From Octopus vulgaris (taxonomy: Eukaryota): 64,000 nt of DNA. Position numbers and translations under genes: made by a program. This document shows, piece after piece, positions 1 through 12,317 of this stretch; position 1 is the first letter of the stretch, and each line of letters begins with the position of its first letter. The notes under the pieces were generated by a model that ran no database searches, had not been told where the DNA came from, and saw only the letters and a list, made by a program, of their open reading frames with translations. The stretch covers positions 214,458,001 to 214,522,000 of the forward strand of contig OX597814.1 in assembly GCA_951406725.2 (NCBI GenBank), in the 5' to 3' direction.

Positions 1-318
1 ATGTTTCCTACTAGGAATTGACATTTGGCAATGTATTCAGTTTACATAATCTTAATGTGTAAGAATAGACAAATAGGTGTTCATGAATAAAAAAAAAAAT
101 CATTGCTCTTAACTTACTCCGTCTCAAAGTAAACAGATTCAAATCTGATGGGAACCAGATAAAAAAGACAAAAAAGAGCCCACATTTTTGTTCTCTCATC
201 AATGAAAAGTGCCATTTGATTCTTCTTCCGTCACATCCATCTATTTCTGCATATTACACTATATTACACTTACTATGTGACAAAGAATTTTAACATCATT
301 ATATTTCAGTTGTATTAA

Positions 319-540
319 CCCTTTCGTTACCACCTCAACTGAAACCAGCTCTGGCTCCAAGTACAAATGCCTTGTTTTCATAAGTTTTGAATTAAAATCT
401 TCAACCAAAACCTTAGTCACAATTTATGTTCCTAACACTAGCTGAATGATAACTAAGTTATTTTACTAAATCCTTTGTTATATTTAAAATGAATTGAAAG
501 AAACACAGAGCATCTCAAAATAAATACAGTAACGAAAGAG
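319..540. mobile_element. piggyBac-type MITE (~220 bp)
   Basis: TTAA|CCCTTTCGTTAC ... GTAACGAAAGAG|TTTA terminal inverted repeats. The same family occurs four more times in the window. Confidence 0.8.
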
Positions 541-544
541 TTTA

Positions 545-752
545 GGCAGTAAGTTGGCAGAATTGTTAGCATGCCAGACAAAATGCTTAGTGGTATTTTG
601 GCTGTCTTTATATTCTGAGTTCAAATTCTGCTGAGGTCGACTTTGCCTGTCATCCTTTCAGGGGAAATGAAATAAAGTACTCGTGGAGCACTGGTGTTGA
701 TGTAATTGACTAACACCCTCCCCCAAATTTCAGGCCTTGTGCCTATAATAGT
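545..752 (+). mobile_element. tRNA-derived SINE family B (head GGCGAGCTGGCAGAA...GAGTTCAAATTC)
   Basis: A/B-box-like head, then TTTGCCTTTCATCCTTTCGGGGTCGAT. Further copies or fragments at ~3395-3985 (mixed orientation), 51619-52045 and 62243-62930. Confidence 0.75.
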
Positions 753-892
753 ATATTTTAGTTGCTGTGACTGTTTTAGGATTTGATAGTGAAGCAAATG
801 ATTTCTGAATGAAGATGATAAGAAGTTTAATGAGTGAGAGATTTTTACTGCTATATCAGCAGTAAATGAAGTAATTCATAAATTACAGCAAG

Positions 893-1292
893 TTTACTCT
901 TTTACTTGTTTCAGTCATTTGACTGCGGTCATGCAGGAGCACCGCCTTTAATCGAGCAACTCGACCCCGGGACTTATTCTTTTGTAAGCCCAGTACTTAT
1001 TCTATTGGTCTCTTTTTGCCGAACCGCTAAGTAACGAGGACATAAACACACCAGCATTAGTTGTCAAGCAATGCTAGGGGAACAAACACAGACACACAAA
1101 CACACACACACATATATATACATATATACGATGGGCTTCTTTCAGTTTTCATCTACCAAATCCACTCACAAGGCTTTGGTCGGCCCGAGGCTATAGTAGA
1201 AGACACTTGCCCAAGGTGCCACGCAGTGGGACTGAACCCGGAACCATGTGGTTGGTAAACAAGCTACTTACCACACAGCCACTCCTGCGCCT
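893..1292 (-). mobile_element. tRNA-derived SINE family A (~400 bp, CORE-like segment, GTAAAAGA tail)
   Basis: Head GGCGCAGGAGTGGCTGTGTGG (A box)...GGTTCAGTCCC (B box), then CCTTGGGCAAGT, an internal (TA)(TG) tract and a (GTAAAAGA)n tail. About 10 near-identical copies in the window. Confidence 0.9.
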
Positions 1293-1525
1293 ATGAAATT
1301 ATGAACTAATTATTAAAGAGATTCATGTCATACTTTGACAATCACCAAATCAATTTTCTAAGTTTGAATTGAAACCTTGGGAAAGTATCTACTTAGTGCC
1401 AAAAGGCATAACTCAATGCTCATGTTCAATATCAATAATATGAGATACCAATGTTCAGTTGCTGAATAAACAAAATCTCCACTCCAGTATATAATCTAAT
1501 ATGTCTAGATTATATAACATTAATC

Positions 1526-2154
1526 CTGATGAAAAGTTCCTGGCTTTTGGTAAGAGAAAATACAGGCGGCTCAGTTAATTATGATTTTATTCAACATATA
1601 GACGCAGGAGTGGCTGTGTGGTAAGTAGCTTGTTTACCAACCACATGGTTCTGGGTTCAGTCCCACTGCATAGCACCTTGGGCGAGTGTCTTCTACTATA
1701 GCCTTGGGCCGACCAAAGCCTTGTGAGTGAATTTGGTAGACAGAAACTGAAAGAAGCCCGTCGTATATATGTGTGTATATATATATGCATGTGTGTGTTT
1801 GTATGTCTGTGTTTGTCCCCCTAGCATTGCTTGACAACCGATGCTGGTGTGTTTATGTCCCCGTCACTTAGCGGTTTGGCAAAAGAGACCGATAGAATAA
1901 GTACTGGGCTTACAAAAGAAAAGTCCCGGGGTCGAGTTGCTCGATTAAAGGCGGTGCTGCAGCATGGCCGCAGTCAAATGACTGAAAGAAGTAAAAGAGT
2001 AAAAGAGTAAAGAGATATTCCCCTCTTAGATTCACACATTGTTGCAGTGGTCCTTCAGTTTTTCTAAGCCCTGTAAAAGAACTCAGAAGGTTGGGCCTGC
2101 AACCAGGCCTTTCATGATACTTTAAAGTCAGGAGCTTTTCAGCAGCCCCTCATA
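1526..2154. mobile_element. Mariner-type MITE interrupted by a SINE
   Basis: Left CTGATGAAAAGTTCCTGGCTTT is the inverted partner of right AAAGTCAGGAGCTTTTCAGCAGCCCCTCA|TA. Confidence 0.6.
1600..2014 (+). mobile_element. SINE family A, nested in a mariner-type MITE
   Basis: Full-length copy; its flanks are the two halves of the MITE at 1526-2154. Confidence 0.9.
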
Positions 2155-3247
2155 AATGATATTCACGAAATGTATATTAAGTTCATACATGGTGCAGACA
2201 TAGTTGTGTGGTTGAGAAACTTGCTTCCCAACCATGTGGTTTCTGGTTCAATCATACTGTGTGGCATCTTGGATGTCTTCTTCAAAAGTCCTGAGCTGAC
2301 AAATGAAAGTTTTGTAACAGGATTTAGTGGACAGAAATTCTGTGTGCTTCAATTCCCTAATCTTGATATTGCACGATAGATGTTAATGAACATTACCATT
2401 ATACAAGTAGTGTCTTTTTTTGCAGTCTTCTTTGAAAGCATGTCCTACTATTATGCTGCTCATGTTCAAAGGACAAAAAGAAATATTACCTCACTTGGAA
2501 ACTAGTGAGGGTTGGCAACAGTGAGGGCATCTTGCTTAGGAAATCTGCCTCACTGAATTCTGTTTGACCCATGCAAGCATGGAAAAGTTGGCATTAAAAC
2601 AATGATAATGCTGCTACCAGTATTTGAAATATATTTCATTTGCAACTTTTTCTGTTAATTCCCACAAGTTAGATTTAGTACTAAAAATGAGTTACTGTGA
2701 TTTTTAATGTCTTCATAAAAGAATTGAAAAAACGTATGATTTTAATATTCTTTCCTCAATAACGAGGGAAAGAAACAAGGCCGTAATGTCTGAAAGTTGA
2801 AAAAAGACACAATTAACAGCTGTCTGGTATCTATCCAAGAATTATAAATATAACATTTCTGTCTCTCTCTACCACTTCTTGTAAGTTGGCATCAATTATG
2901 AATGTACACATAAATACACTCATAAAACAGAGACGTATGTAAATATGTGTGATTTCATTTCGAAGTTTAAAGAGAGAAATTGACTGATTAGTTAACTCCG
3001 GTGTGATTATTCAGCATTGAAAAGTTTATATGATATTAAACTTGAAAAAAAAAAATTTTTTATTAGGTATCAATAAAAGCAATTTTATGTCATCAAAAAG
3101 ATGAAACCAAAAAAATAGAAACCAAAATTGTTTTTTTTTTTTTCCAAGGCAATTTCTAATAATTTAATGTATTTAATTTTTCATATTTTAGACCAAAAGA
3201 AGCATTAAAATTTCTTATTTCAGACATTCTTTAGGATTCACCAATGA

Positions 3248-3253
<6 letters not shown>

Positions 3254-3278
<25 letters not shown>

Positions 3279-3280
3279 AA

Positions 3281-3322
<42 letters not shown>

Positions 3323-3353
3323 TCATCATCATCATCATAATCATCGTCGTCAT

Positions 3354-3393
<40 letters not shown>
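3254..3393. repeat. Compound trinucleotide tract (ATC)n(GTC)n(ATC)n(AGC)n
   Basis: Directly visible. Confidence 0.95.
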
Positions 3394-3681
3394 GAGGTAG
3401 CAGAATTGTTAGCACATCAGACAAAATGCTTAGTAACATTTCTGTTGGCTTTTTTACATTCTGAGTTCAAAAATAACTGCAGTTAACTCATCCACCTCCC
3501 ACCAGACTGCTGCCCTTGTGGCAAAATTTGAAACCATTATTATTATTATTATTATTATCATTATTATTATTCTGCCACTTCGCTTCCCTTAATGGGCAAC
3601 GGACTGGCAGAATTGCCAGCATGCTGGATAAAACGCTTCATGGCATTTCGTCTGTCTGTACGTTCTTAGTTCGAATACCTA

Positions 3682-3864
3682 TTTCTTTACTACCCACAAG
3701 GGGCTAAACACAGAGAGGACAAACAAGGACAGACACACCGATTAAGTCGATTATATCGACCCCCAGTACGTAACTGGTACTTATTTAATCGACCCCGAAA
3801 GGATGAAAGGCAGAGTCGACCACGGCGGAATTTGAACTCAGAACGTAACGGCAGACGAAATACG
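3682..3864 (-). mobile_element. SINE family B, CpG-rich (young) copy within a cluster of fragments
   Basis: Reverse complement of the copy at 51619-51843. Confidence 0.75.
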
Positions 3865-3985
3865 GCTTTACCTTTCATCATTTTGGGGTCGATAAAATAA
3901 GTATCAATCAAGTACTGGGGTTGATATGATCAACTTACCCTCTTCCCATAAATGCTGGCCCTCTGCCAAAATTTGAAACCATCAC

Positions 3986-4019
<34 letters not shown>

Positions 4020-4443
4020 TGATGAAACCACTCAGCCTATTTTACTGGATATGATGAAAAGTGTCAGCTATCCCACATCCAGCAGACTAAGATAACATGT
4101 TTACTGACCATGCTTCAAGAGCTCTGATTCTTGTAGGCGTTCCATCTTTATCTGGTAACTGAGTGCTGATACTTCCAAGGATGCCTATTAATGTTGGTAT
4201 CAAATTTATCACTCAAACAAATAAAATTATTATCATTATTATTCGTTTTTGGATTTGGTTTGCAAGATTCTTTATATGAGTTCGTGTGTTGAAGCATATT
4301 CTGTTGTGTCTGAGGAGAGTAATTTTCTTTTTGGGCCTTATAATGTAAGGAAAATAAAAATAAGAAAAAAAGTGGAAATTTTACCGGTGAGTGTGTTACA
4401 CTATAAGGCACAAAAGGAAAATGACTCTCCCCAGACACAACAG

Positions 4444-4477
<34 letters not shown>

Positions 4478-4531
4478 GGAGAGTATTGTGGTTCGCTTGA
4501 AGCACTGTGTATTGTTTGTAAAGAATACATT

Positions 4532-4822
4532 TTTTGAATGGCACAACAATGCACTATAATACAAACAAGGGACTATGATAACTGTTGTAATTTAGTCATC
4601 CATAGTCTGATATGATATTTCGGAATAAAATTCCTTCTTCAGATATCCCTAGGAATTGATGGAGTCACTGGAAAACCGATTATAGCAGCGACTCCATCAA
4701 TTCCTAGGGATATCCGAAGGAGTTTTTATTCTGAAATATCATATCAGACTTTGGATGATTAAATTACAACAGTTATCATAGTCCCTTGTTTGTATTATAG
4801 TGCATTGATGTGTCATTCAAAA
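4532..4822. repeat. ~290-bp fold-back (arms ~140 bp, ~15-nt loop)
   Basis: Near-perfect inverted arms; the left arm carries minus-strand CUGAAGA-AGGAA..UUCC-GAAA-UAUCAU-AUC. Confidence 0.9.
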
Positions 4823-4836
4823 TATTATTATTATTG

Positions 4837-5294
4837 AGTGAGAGAGCAGTGCATGCCATCAAAGTGACACTGGGGTAAAATATACGAAGCCCAGTATACC
4901 CATCATGACTACCTGTCTGATAAAGGTACACCAGGCACATGCATCACAACCATATGTGCGCGACATGGTGATCTCATATCAAGATAAACAGCACATGACC
5001 TTGCAGGTGGGGCTCAGTTAGAATTTTCTTCAGGTTGAGTAGCCCATCCCGCTCAAACGGTCCCTGAATAAGGGTTGTTTAAGGATGTTGAAAGAACCAC
5101 CCATGTTTCCAGAGGTGAACTATTCAAACCCCAAAGAATCCCTCTCAACACATGGCTATGATGCTCCCCCACTACTTCTGCTTGTGATCAGAGATGCACA
5201 TATCGTCAGCCACTAAGGGACATGCTCAACTGGTTAAGGTCAAACAACTGACAAGCAAATCTGTGGTATTGAGCAGAATATTTGCTGTAGCCCA

Positions 5295-5295
<1 letters not shown>
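4837..5295 (-). mobile_element. (AAT)n-associated non-autonomous element, family E (truncated)
   Basis: Highly similar to 5850-6406 and 35639-35790; the shared end abuts an (ATT)n tract in all copies. Confidence 0.75.
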
Positions 5296-5352
<57 letters not shown>

Positions 5353-5355
<3 letters not shown>

Positions 5356-5785
5356 TAGTCTTATTTTTATCACGTGCTTTCACTGCATTACCAAACGCAG
5401 CTCTGTGTGTCTTGAGTATCTGCTGTGGTTTGTTGTGGTGCTCTTATTTTCACTGTATTGAAAGTGCTATACACAGGATGTGTGCAGTGCCTAGTAGTGC
5501 TATTTTCTGAATGTTATATACATTTGCAAGTCCTGGTGTTTTGGTTACGTATTTGTCTGAATATTTTTTAATCATACCTAATGCATCTATTGTCATAGGG
5601 ATTGTTTCTGTTTTTAGGCTCCACATTCGGGTTACCTTTATTTCAAAATCTTTGTATTTTGAGAGTTTCTCTTTTTCTTTTAGAGATACATTGTCATTGG
5701 TTGGTATTGATACATTGATTAGAGGGCATTTTTTTTTCTTGGTGATCTCTGACAGCTATATCCAGTCTATTAGCCTTGATTTCTC
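5353..5785 (-). pseudogene. 3' fragment of an R4/Dong-like non-LTR element (PD-(D/E)xK endonuclease) in (TAA)n
   Basis: Reads KANRLDIAVRDHQEKK/..SIPTNDNVSLKEKEKLSKYKDFEIKVTRMWSLKTETIP..ALGMIKK...IQKIALLGTAHIL; flanked by (ATT)n. Confidence 0.8.
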
Positions 5786-5849
<64 letters not shown>

Positions 5850-6406
5850 GAGTGAGAGAGCAGTGCATGCCATTAAAGCGACACTGGGGTAAAATATACG
5901 AAGCCCAGTATACCCATCATGACTACCCGTCTGATAAGGGTACACTAGGCTCATGCATCACAACCATATGTGCGCAACATGGTTATCTCATATCAAGATA
6001 AACAGCACATGACCTTGCAGGTGGGGCCCAGTTAGAATTTTCTTCTGGTCGAGTAACTCATCCCACTCAAAAGGTCCCTGAATAAGGATTGTTTAAGGAT
6101 GTTGAACGAAACACCCATGTTTCCAGAAGTGAATTATTCAAACCCCAAAGAATCCCTCTCAACACATGGCTATGATGCTCCCCCACTACTTCTGCTTGTG
6201 ATCAGAGATGCACACATCGTCAGCTACTAAGGGACATGCTCAACTGGTGAAGGTCAAACAACTGACAAGCAAATCTGTGGTATTGAGCAGAATATTTGCT
6301 GTAGCCTATCGTTTATACCAAGACAAAACAATGTACATGATAACACCTCCAATCAGTTAAGATCAGAAGCCATGAGAGCCAATGCCTGGTGCTGCATCAG
6401 GGCATT
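5850..6406 (-). mobile_element. Family E element (longest copy, ~555 bp)
   Basis: Bounded by (ATT)n tracts on both sides. Orientation inferred from the fixed end next to the microsatellite. Confidence 0.75.
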
Positions 6407-7048
6407 TATTATTATTATTATTATTATTGTTATTATTTAATTTTAAAAATACAAATATTGGGTGGTCTTTTACAATATTTTGTTTGTTCTTTTCTAAATA
6501 ACTTTATCATCAAATACATTATCATCATCAGTAACTCTGTCTTTCTAACTTGGTGCCATTAGTTGAGAAATCGGTAGAGAATGTATTTCTCTTGCTCTTT
6601 TTGTTCACTCTTTTCAATTGTTCTATAAAGTTTCTTAGACTAGATACAGTTACTACATTCCTCAGCTAACTGTCTGCTACTTTAGTTTCACAACACAGAT
6701 CCAAGAAATACTTTATTTTACCAGTAATAAAGATCAGGTGCCAAACCATTGTGAAATTTATCTATAGAAAAACCTGTTATCACAAGAAGAGATTATTCTT
6801 AGAAGAAAAACTCCAGTCATATCATCTGTTTGCTAACACCATTCATACCTTTACTGCAGTCAAAAGAATCTTATCTAATTTTGAATGAGAAGTCTATCCC
6901 GTTGCATAGCATGAATGGTAATTACGTAATTTCTGGCTTAAGAAGTATATGTTCCTAAAAAGTACATGTCTTCGTGTGTATTTCAAAATATAGTTAACTG
7001 GAATATTCTACTGGGAGATTATTTGAAATTAAGAATACAAGGGATGAG

Positions 7049-7082
<34 letters not shown>

Positions 7083-7086
<4 letters not shown>

Positions 7087-7208
7087 TGTCCCAAAAGTTC
7101 GTAAACATAAATGTCTTTATTTTGAGGAATAATTTTTGTTGTTTTTGTTAGTACTTGGCGAGTAAAAATTCAATTTTCGCAAGTGTTTACGAACTTTTGG
7201 GACAACCT
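7083..7208. mobile_element. Tc1/mariner-type MITE in (TA)n
   Basis: TIRs AGGTTGTCCCAAAAGTTCGTAAACA / TGTTTACGAACTTTTGGGACAACCT. Confidence 0.8.
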
Positions 7209-7664
7209 AATATATATATAATATAATATCTGGTGCTGGCGCAACATAGAAAGCCCTGGTACTGGTGCCACATTAAAAAGCATTAGTACTGGTGTCACAT
7301 TAAAAGCACTGGTGCTGGTGCCACATAAAAATCACTCGGTACACTTTGTAAAGTTGTTGGCATTAGGAAGAGCATCCAGCCACAGAAATCATGCCAGACC
7401 TGACAATGAAGCCTGGTGTGGCCTCCAGCCTTACCACCTTGTGTCAGATCATTCAACCAAATCCAGCATGGAAAATGGATGTTAAATGATGGTAATTATA
7501 TATAAATGTGTGTGTGTATGTATATATATATATGTTCAGCAAAATTTAGATTCAAATGAATATGGTACTTAATTTAGATGCACCAGAATTCTGTATGATG
7601 TTATCCATATAAATCCGTGGGGTGATTATAATCAAAATAAGCAACAAGAATAACTTTGGTAATT

Positions 7665-7750
7665 TGGTACGATCGTTTCACGCTACATTATTTTATTAAA
7701 TGTTGTAAGTATTACAACAGTTTTAAAATGTTGAGCAATCATCAGCCATT
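7665..7750 (-). ncRNA. Candidate type I hammerhead ribozyme with an intact core
   Basis: UGG-CUGAUGA-UUGCUCAACAUU...AAUGUAGCGU-GAAAC-GAUC-GUA^CCA: stem I UGG/CCA, long stem II, palindromic stem III ACGAUCGU. Confidence 0.65.
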
Positions 7751-7852
7751 AATAGAGGTTTTCCATTAATGCATAACATTATCTGAAGGTAGAAGAATTC
7801 TGTGAATTAGGTACTCCAAAGTCAGAAGGCCGGGGTCTGTGTGAGCATGCAG

Positions 7853-8394
7853 TATATAGTGAATACAAACAAAGAAGAACAAACAAGAAAAAAACAATGC
7901 GAGGACATGGTACAAGTACTGTATTATCAGATGCTCAGGAAAGGAAAGAAAGAGGATTTTATGTTTCGAGCAAAGCTCTTCTTCAGAAATAGAACAGCCA
8001 AAACCACACACACACACACACGCACACACACATGCACACACACCTATGCACATACACATGCTATTATTACATACACGTACACACACACAGAACAGCGCGC
8101 ATGCACATACCTACACATACCTCCTTATCTTGCACTCTCCTGTCTTAGAAATAACTTTTTCTTCACCCTTTCCCTTCCAGTCATTTCAAAATATAACCAT
8201 GTGTGTATTGTTGGCAATTTTCCTCCTCTGTCTTCCTTCTTTTGGACTTTCCTCTATTTCTGAAGAAGAGCATCTGCTCGAAATGTAAAACCTTCTTTCT
8301 TTCCTTTCCTGAGTGTCTGATAATACAGTACTTGTACCACAATTTCACTGTGTTTTTTTCTTGTTTGCCCTTCTTTGTTTGGATTCACTATATA
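7853..8394. mobile_element. Penelope-terminal-like element with ~140-bp inverted arms in (TA)n
   Basis: 7853-7993 is the inverse of 8254-8394. Each arm has CUGAAGA-AGAGC-loop-GCUC-GAAA. Single-arm relatives at ~32455-32670 and ~34376-34575. Confidence 0.8.
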
Positions 8395-8407
8395 TATATA
8401 TGTATAT

Positions 8408-8758
8408 ATTATATAAAAGTGGCTTAGTAAAATAAATTACTTTGCCGCATACTGAACTCATTAGAAATAGCAGCTAAAAACTTTTTTTAAAGCTATTTCT
8501 AATACTTAAAAAAATCTCTCATATATAGTGTTTGCTTAATTCAACTTCACAAGTTTGGGGGTAAGGACATAAAAAATCAAATGCTAAGGTTATGTCCTTA
8601 CCCCCAAACTTTTGTGAGTTGAATTAAGCAAACACTATATATGAGAGAGATTTTCCTTTAAGTATTAGAAATAGCTTTAAAAAAGTTTTTTAGCTGCTAT
8701 TTCTAATGAGTTCAGTATGCGGCAAAGTAATTTATTTTACTAAGCCCTTTTATATAAT
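8408..8758. repeat. ~350-bp fold-back (arms ~165 bp, ~17-nt loop); the right arm continues to ~8856
   Basis: Near-perfect inverted arms, visible directly. Confidence 0.9.
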
Positions 8759-9011
8759 GTAATAATTTGAATTCGCCTTAAATGGTCCCTTTGCATACTG
8801 AACACTTGGTGAAATTGATTAATAATTAATTAATTTTACCCTTGTTTGGATTCACTATATATATATGTATATATATATTATACATAATATATATTAAAAT
8901 ACATATATGAATATAATATGCATGTATACAAATAATATATATATACATACACATACATACATATAAATACACACACACACACACATGATATATATATATA
9001 TATATATATAT

Positions 9012-9312
9012 TACAGGGTGTGATGGATAAATTGTCATCATTTTATATTTTACATTTCATGCATGCGCATTGTTCGTTATTGATTTTGTCAACTACACAG
9101 TATAGTAGGGTCAGTTGGGCACCGACTGTGAGAAAAATAGCACCATGATGCAATTCACCCTTCCAGAAATTTGGAAATGATATGCTGTACTGCTTGGCAT
9201 TCATTTCAGAGTGTTTGGGTGTCAGTCTGAGGACAGTGCAATCTGAAGATATGTACCGAGTATGATAAAAATCAAACATCCAGTCAACATCATGGTGTTT
9301 GGAGTGATCACC
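9012..9312 (+). mobile_element. Internally deleted Tc1/mariner-superfamily transposon remnant
   Basis: TA|CAGGGTG terminus, then HTH-like ECLGVSLRTVQ and KHPVNIMVFGVIT transposase motifs. Confidence 0.6.
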
Positions 9313-9423
9313 ACACAACTGTCCGGTGAATGAGAATGTGACACTCTGAGTAGCAGTTTTTTTGCGATACTTTTCATGGTGTTTTTTGCAGCTTTAATAA
9401 TAAAGTGTGTATACTTTACTCTA

Positions 9424-9457
9424 AGTTGAAAAAGTCACAAAGGCTGAAACCGGTACT
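9424..9457 (+). ncRNA. Minimal hammerhead-like motif with a U3-A8 core variant
   Basis: AG-UUGAAAA-AGUC-ACAAA-GGCU-GAAAC-CG-GUA^CU; palindromic stem III ACCGGU. Confidence 0.45.
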
Positions 9458-9654
9458 AAAATGTTATTCATGATAAACTTATTTTAGCGTTTTCTACCTT
9501 GTCTTACTTTTCTAATACATATCAACTCATGTGTTCCTTTTCAACCTTCTATATATATATATATAATATGAGGGAATATTATCCCAAACTTACAGGGAAA
9601 AATTCAATTTAGAAATACTAAAATCAAATTTCACAAAATATAATATAATATAAT

Positions 9655-9885
<231 letters not shown>

Positions 9886-11589
9886 CAGCTAAGATATGGG
9901 GATGTAAACACACACATGTATAACAGATTTCTCTCAGTTTCTGCAAACCAAATCTACTTACAAAGCCTTGGTCAGCCTGAGGGTATAGCAGAAGACACTT
10001 GCCCAAGGTGCCACCCAGTGGAACTCAACCCAGAACCATGTGGTTGGGAGGCAAACATTTCACCATACAACCATACCTGTATATACATTCACATCCCTCT
10101 GCCCCCACCGCACACATATAAAACCCATAAAATCTGGAAGTATGAGAGGGGATATGGGTAATTTCTTCTGCCTCAAGAATTTTTAGGAGATTCATATGCC
10201 TTGCAGTCTATATAAGATGTTCTTTGAAAGGAAAATGAGATACAGTATAAAAATTCAATGCAGAATGGAACTGATACTGAAATACCTGTTAGAAATCATC
10301 ATCATCATCATCATCATTATGTTATATGTTTTTTTTTTTTTAAATTCCATTCTTGTGGTGTTAGATTTGGGCGGGTCTAGCATCCATTTATCTTTGGCAA
10401 CATGATAGCTTGCATTTAGTGAGTTACTCTCACATTCCAAATAGAGTTACTATACTTACCTGCTGCTTGAAAAATTGATTCTGCTAGACAGGTGTCAATA
10501 GCATAATCATCATTATCATTTAACATCAATCTTACATGCTAGCATGGCTTGGATCATTTGACAGGATCTGAGAATCTGGAGGATTGTGTTGAGCCACAGT
10601 GTCTGTTTTGGCATGGTTTTGTTATAGTGGGATGCTCTTCTCAATACCTTTATAGAATACACTGGGTGCTTTTTTTTAGAGGTATTCATAATAATCATCA
10701 TCATTTAACATTTATTGTCCATACGGGCATGGGTTGGACAGTATAACCAGAGCTGGCAAGCTGAGAAGCTGCACCAGACTCCAGTCTGATTTGGCATGGT
10801 TTCTACAGGTGGATGCCCTTCCTAATTTCAACCCCTATAGAGTGTTTTGGGAGCTTTTACATCATACCTCATGGGTGCTTTTATGTTGTACCACCAGGAG
10901 TGCTTTGCACCACCATAAGGATTGGTCTTAACACTTCTGTCGAAAAGTATGGGTCTTCTTGACTACGGCCAGGTATCAGGTATCTCAGTTCTTTGCCATC
11001 TCACCTGAAAGGTTCAGCTTCCTGATGTTGCTCTCCAGTACTTCATCTCATGTCTTCCTGGGTCTTTCATTTCCACATATTCTATCCACTTTAAAAGCTC
11101 AGCACTTCTTCATTAACTTGTACTGTAAATTGGTTGGCATTAGGAAAGGTATCCAACCCCAGCTGCAGAAGTCATGCCAAAACAGACATTGGTAAACGAC
11201 GTCTCTGGACTCATTGGATTCTGTCGAACTATCCAACCCATGCCAGCATGATGGATGGTCGTTAAATGATGTTGATGATGATGATGATATATAACATTGA
11301 TTATGATGTTCTAATATAAAACAATCAATATGCTTTTTACTTGACTTTTTACTAGAAAGAGATTTTGTGTTTGAGAAAATAACTTGGTGAAATACTGAGA
11401 CGAAATTTGAATAAACAAGGTTTCACAAGACAAAGGTTTTCTCTTTCTTTATTTCATTTCTTCAGTAAAAACAATGAGTTCAATTATTTAGAAAGAGATT
11501 TTGTGTTTGAGAAAATAACTTGGTGAAATACTGAGACGAAATTTGAATAAAAACAAGGTTTCACAAGACAAAGGTTTTCTCTTTCTTTT

Positions 11590-11757
11590 TTATTTGTTTC
11601 AGTCATTGGACTGCGGCCATGCTGGGGCACCAGATGTAAATAAACCAACATTGACTGTCAAGTGATGGTGAGGGGTCAAACAGACATAGACACAGACAGA
11701 CAGATAGACACACACACACACATACACATGCACTCACTCTCTCTCTCACACACACAC

Positions 11758-11810
<53 letters not shown>

Positions 11811-11997
11811 CACACATACACACACACACACACACGACTGACTTCCACACAGGCTCTGTTTACGAAATTCACTTGCAAGGCATTGGTTGGCTGGGGGCCA
11901 TAGTAGAAGGTACTTGCTCATGGTGGTGTGCAGTAGGACAGAACCCAAAACCCTGCAGTTGCAAAGTGAGATTCTTAACCAAACAGCCATAGCTGCA
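11590..11997 (-). mobile_element. Diverged SINE family A
   Basis: Tail TTGTTTCAGTCATT.GACTGCGGCCATGCTGG, expanded CA/CT tract and a diverged head. Confidence 0.75.
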
Positions 11998-12317
11998 TCT
12001 ACACAAATAAAGATGTACCTGGCATCAAAAACTTGTAGGGTACAATGGAATGTGACCATTGGTAATCAATTGGAGGCTCTTTTTTAACAGTTCAAAGACA
12101 AGTGAAAAATGTTTCATTACACAACTTGCTTCAATTCCATTTTCAGGCCATCTTAGTCAAGATAATATAATATTAAAATGAAATTTTGCAAAGAACAAGT
12201 AAAACATGATTTTCTTTTTGTAGCATTTGGAAATTTCAACAAAAAATTTAAGAAAAACACTAGGTTACTTTTTATATTAAGGATGATTTTACCATAAAGG
12301 CAAATATATATTTAGTA

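Noticed and set aside
1061-1837. Recurrent MSSNARGTNTD.../...GLNPEPCGW ORFs (also ~21.4, 30.8, 38.1, 47.3, 51.1, 57.0 and 61.5 kb)
   Set aside because: Translations of SINE family A copies.
4040-4215. Possible third R4-like remnant (..IPTLIGILGSI../YQIKMERLQES..) on the minus strand
   Set aside because: Too short and decayed to call without an alignment.
10452-10490. Strong minus-strand donor CAG|GTAAGT as a micro-exon
   Set aside because: No convincing acceptor or reading-frame context; such motifs occur by chance in 64 kb.
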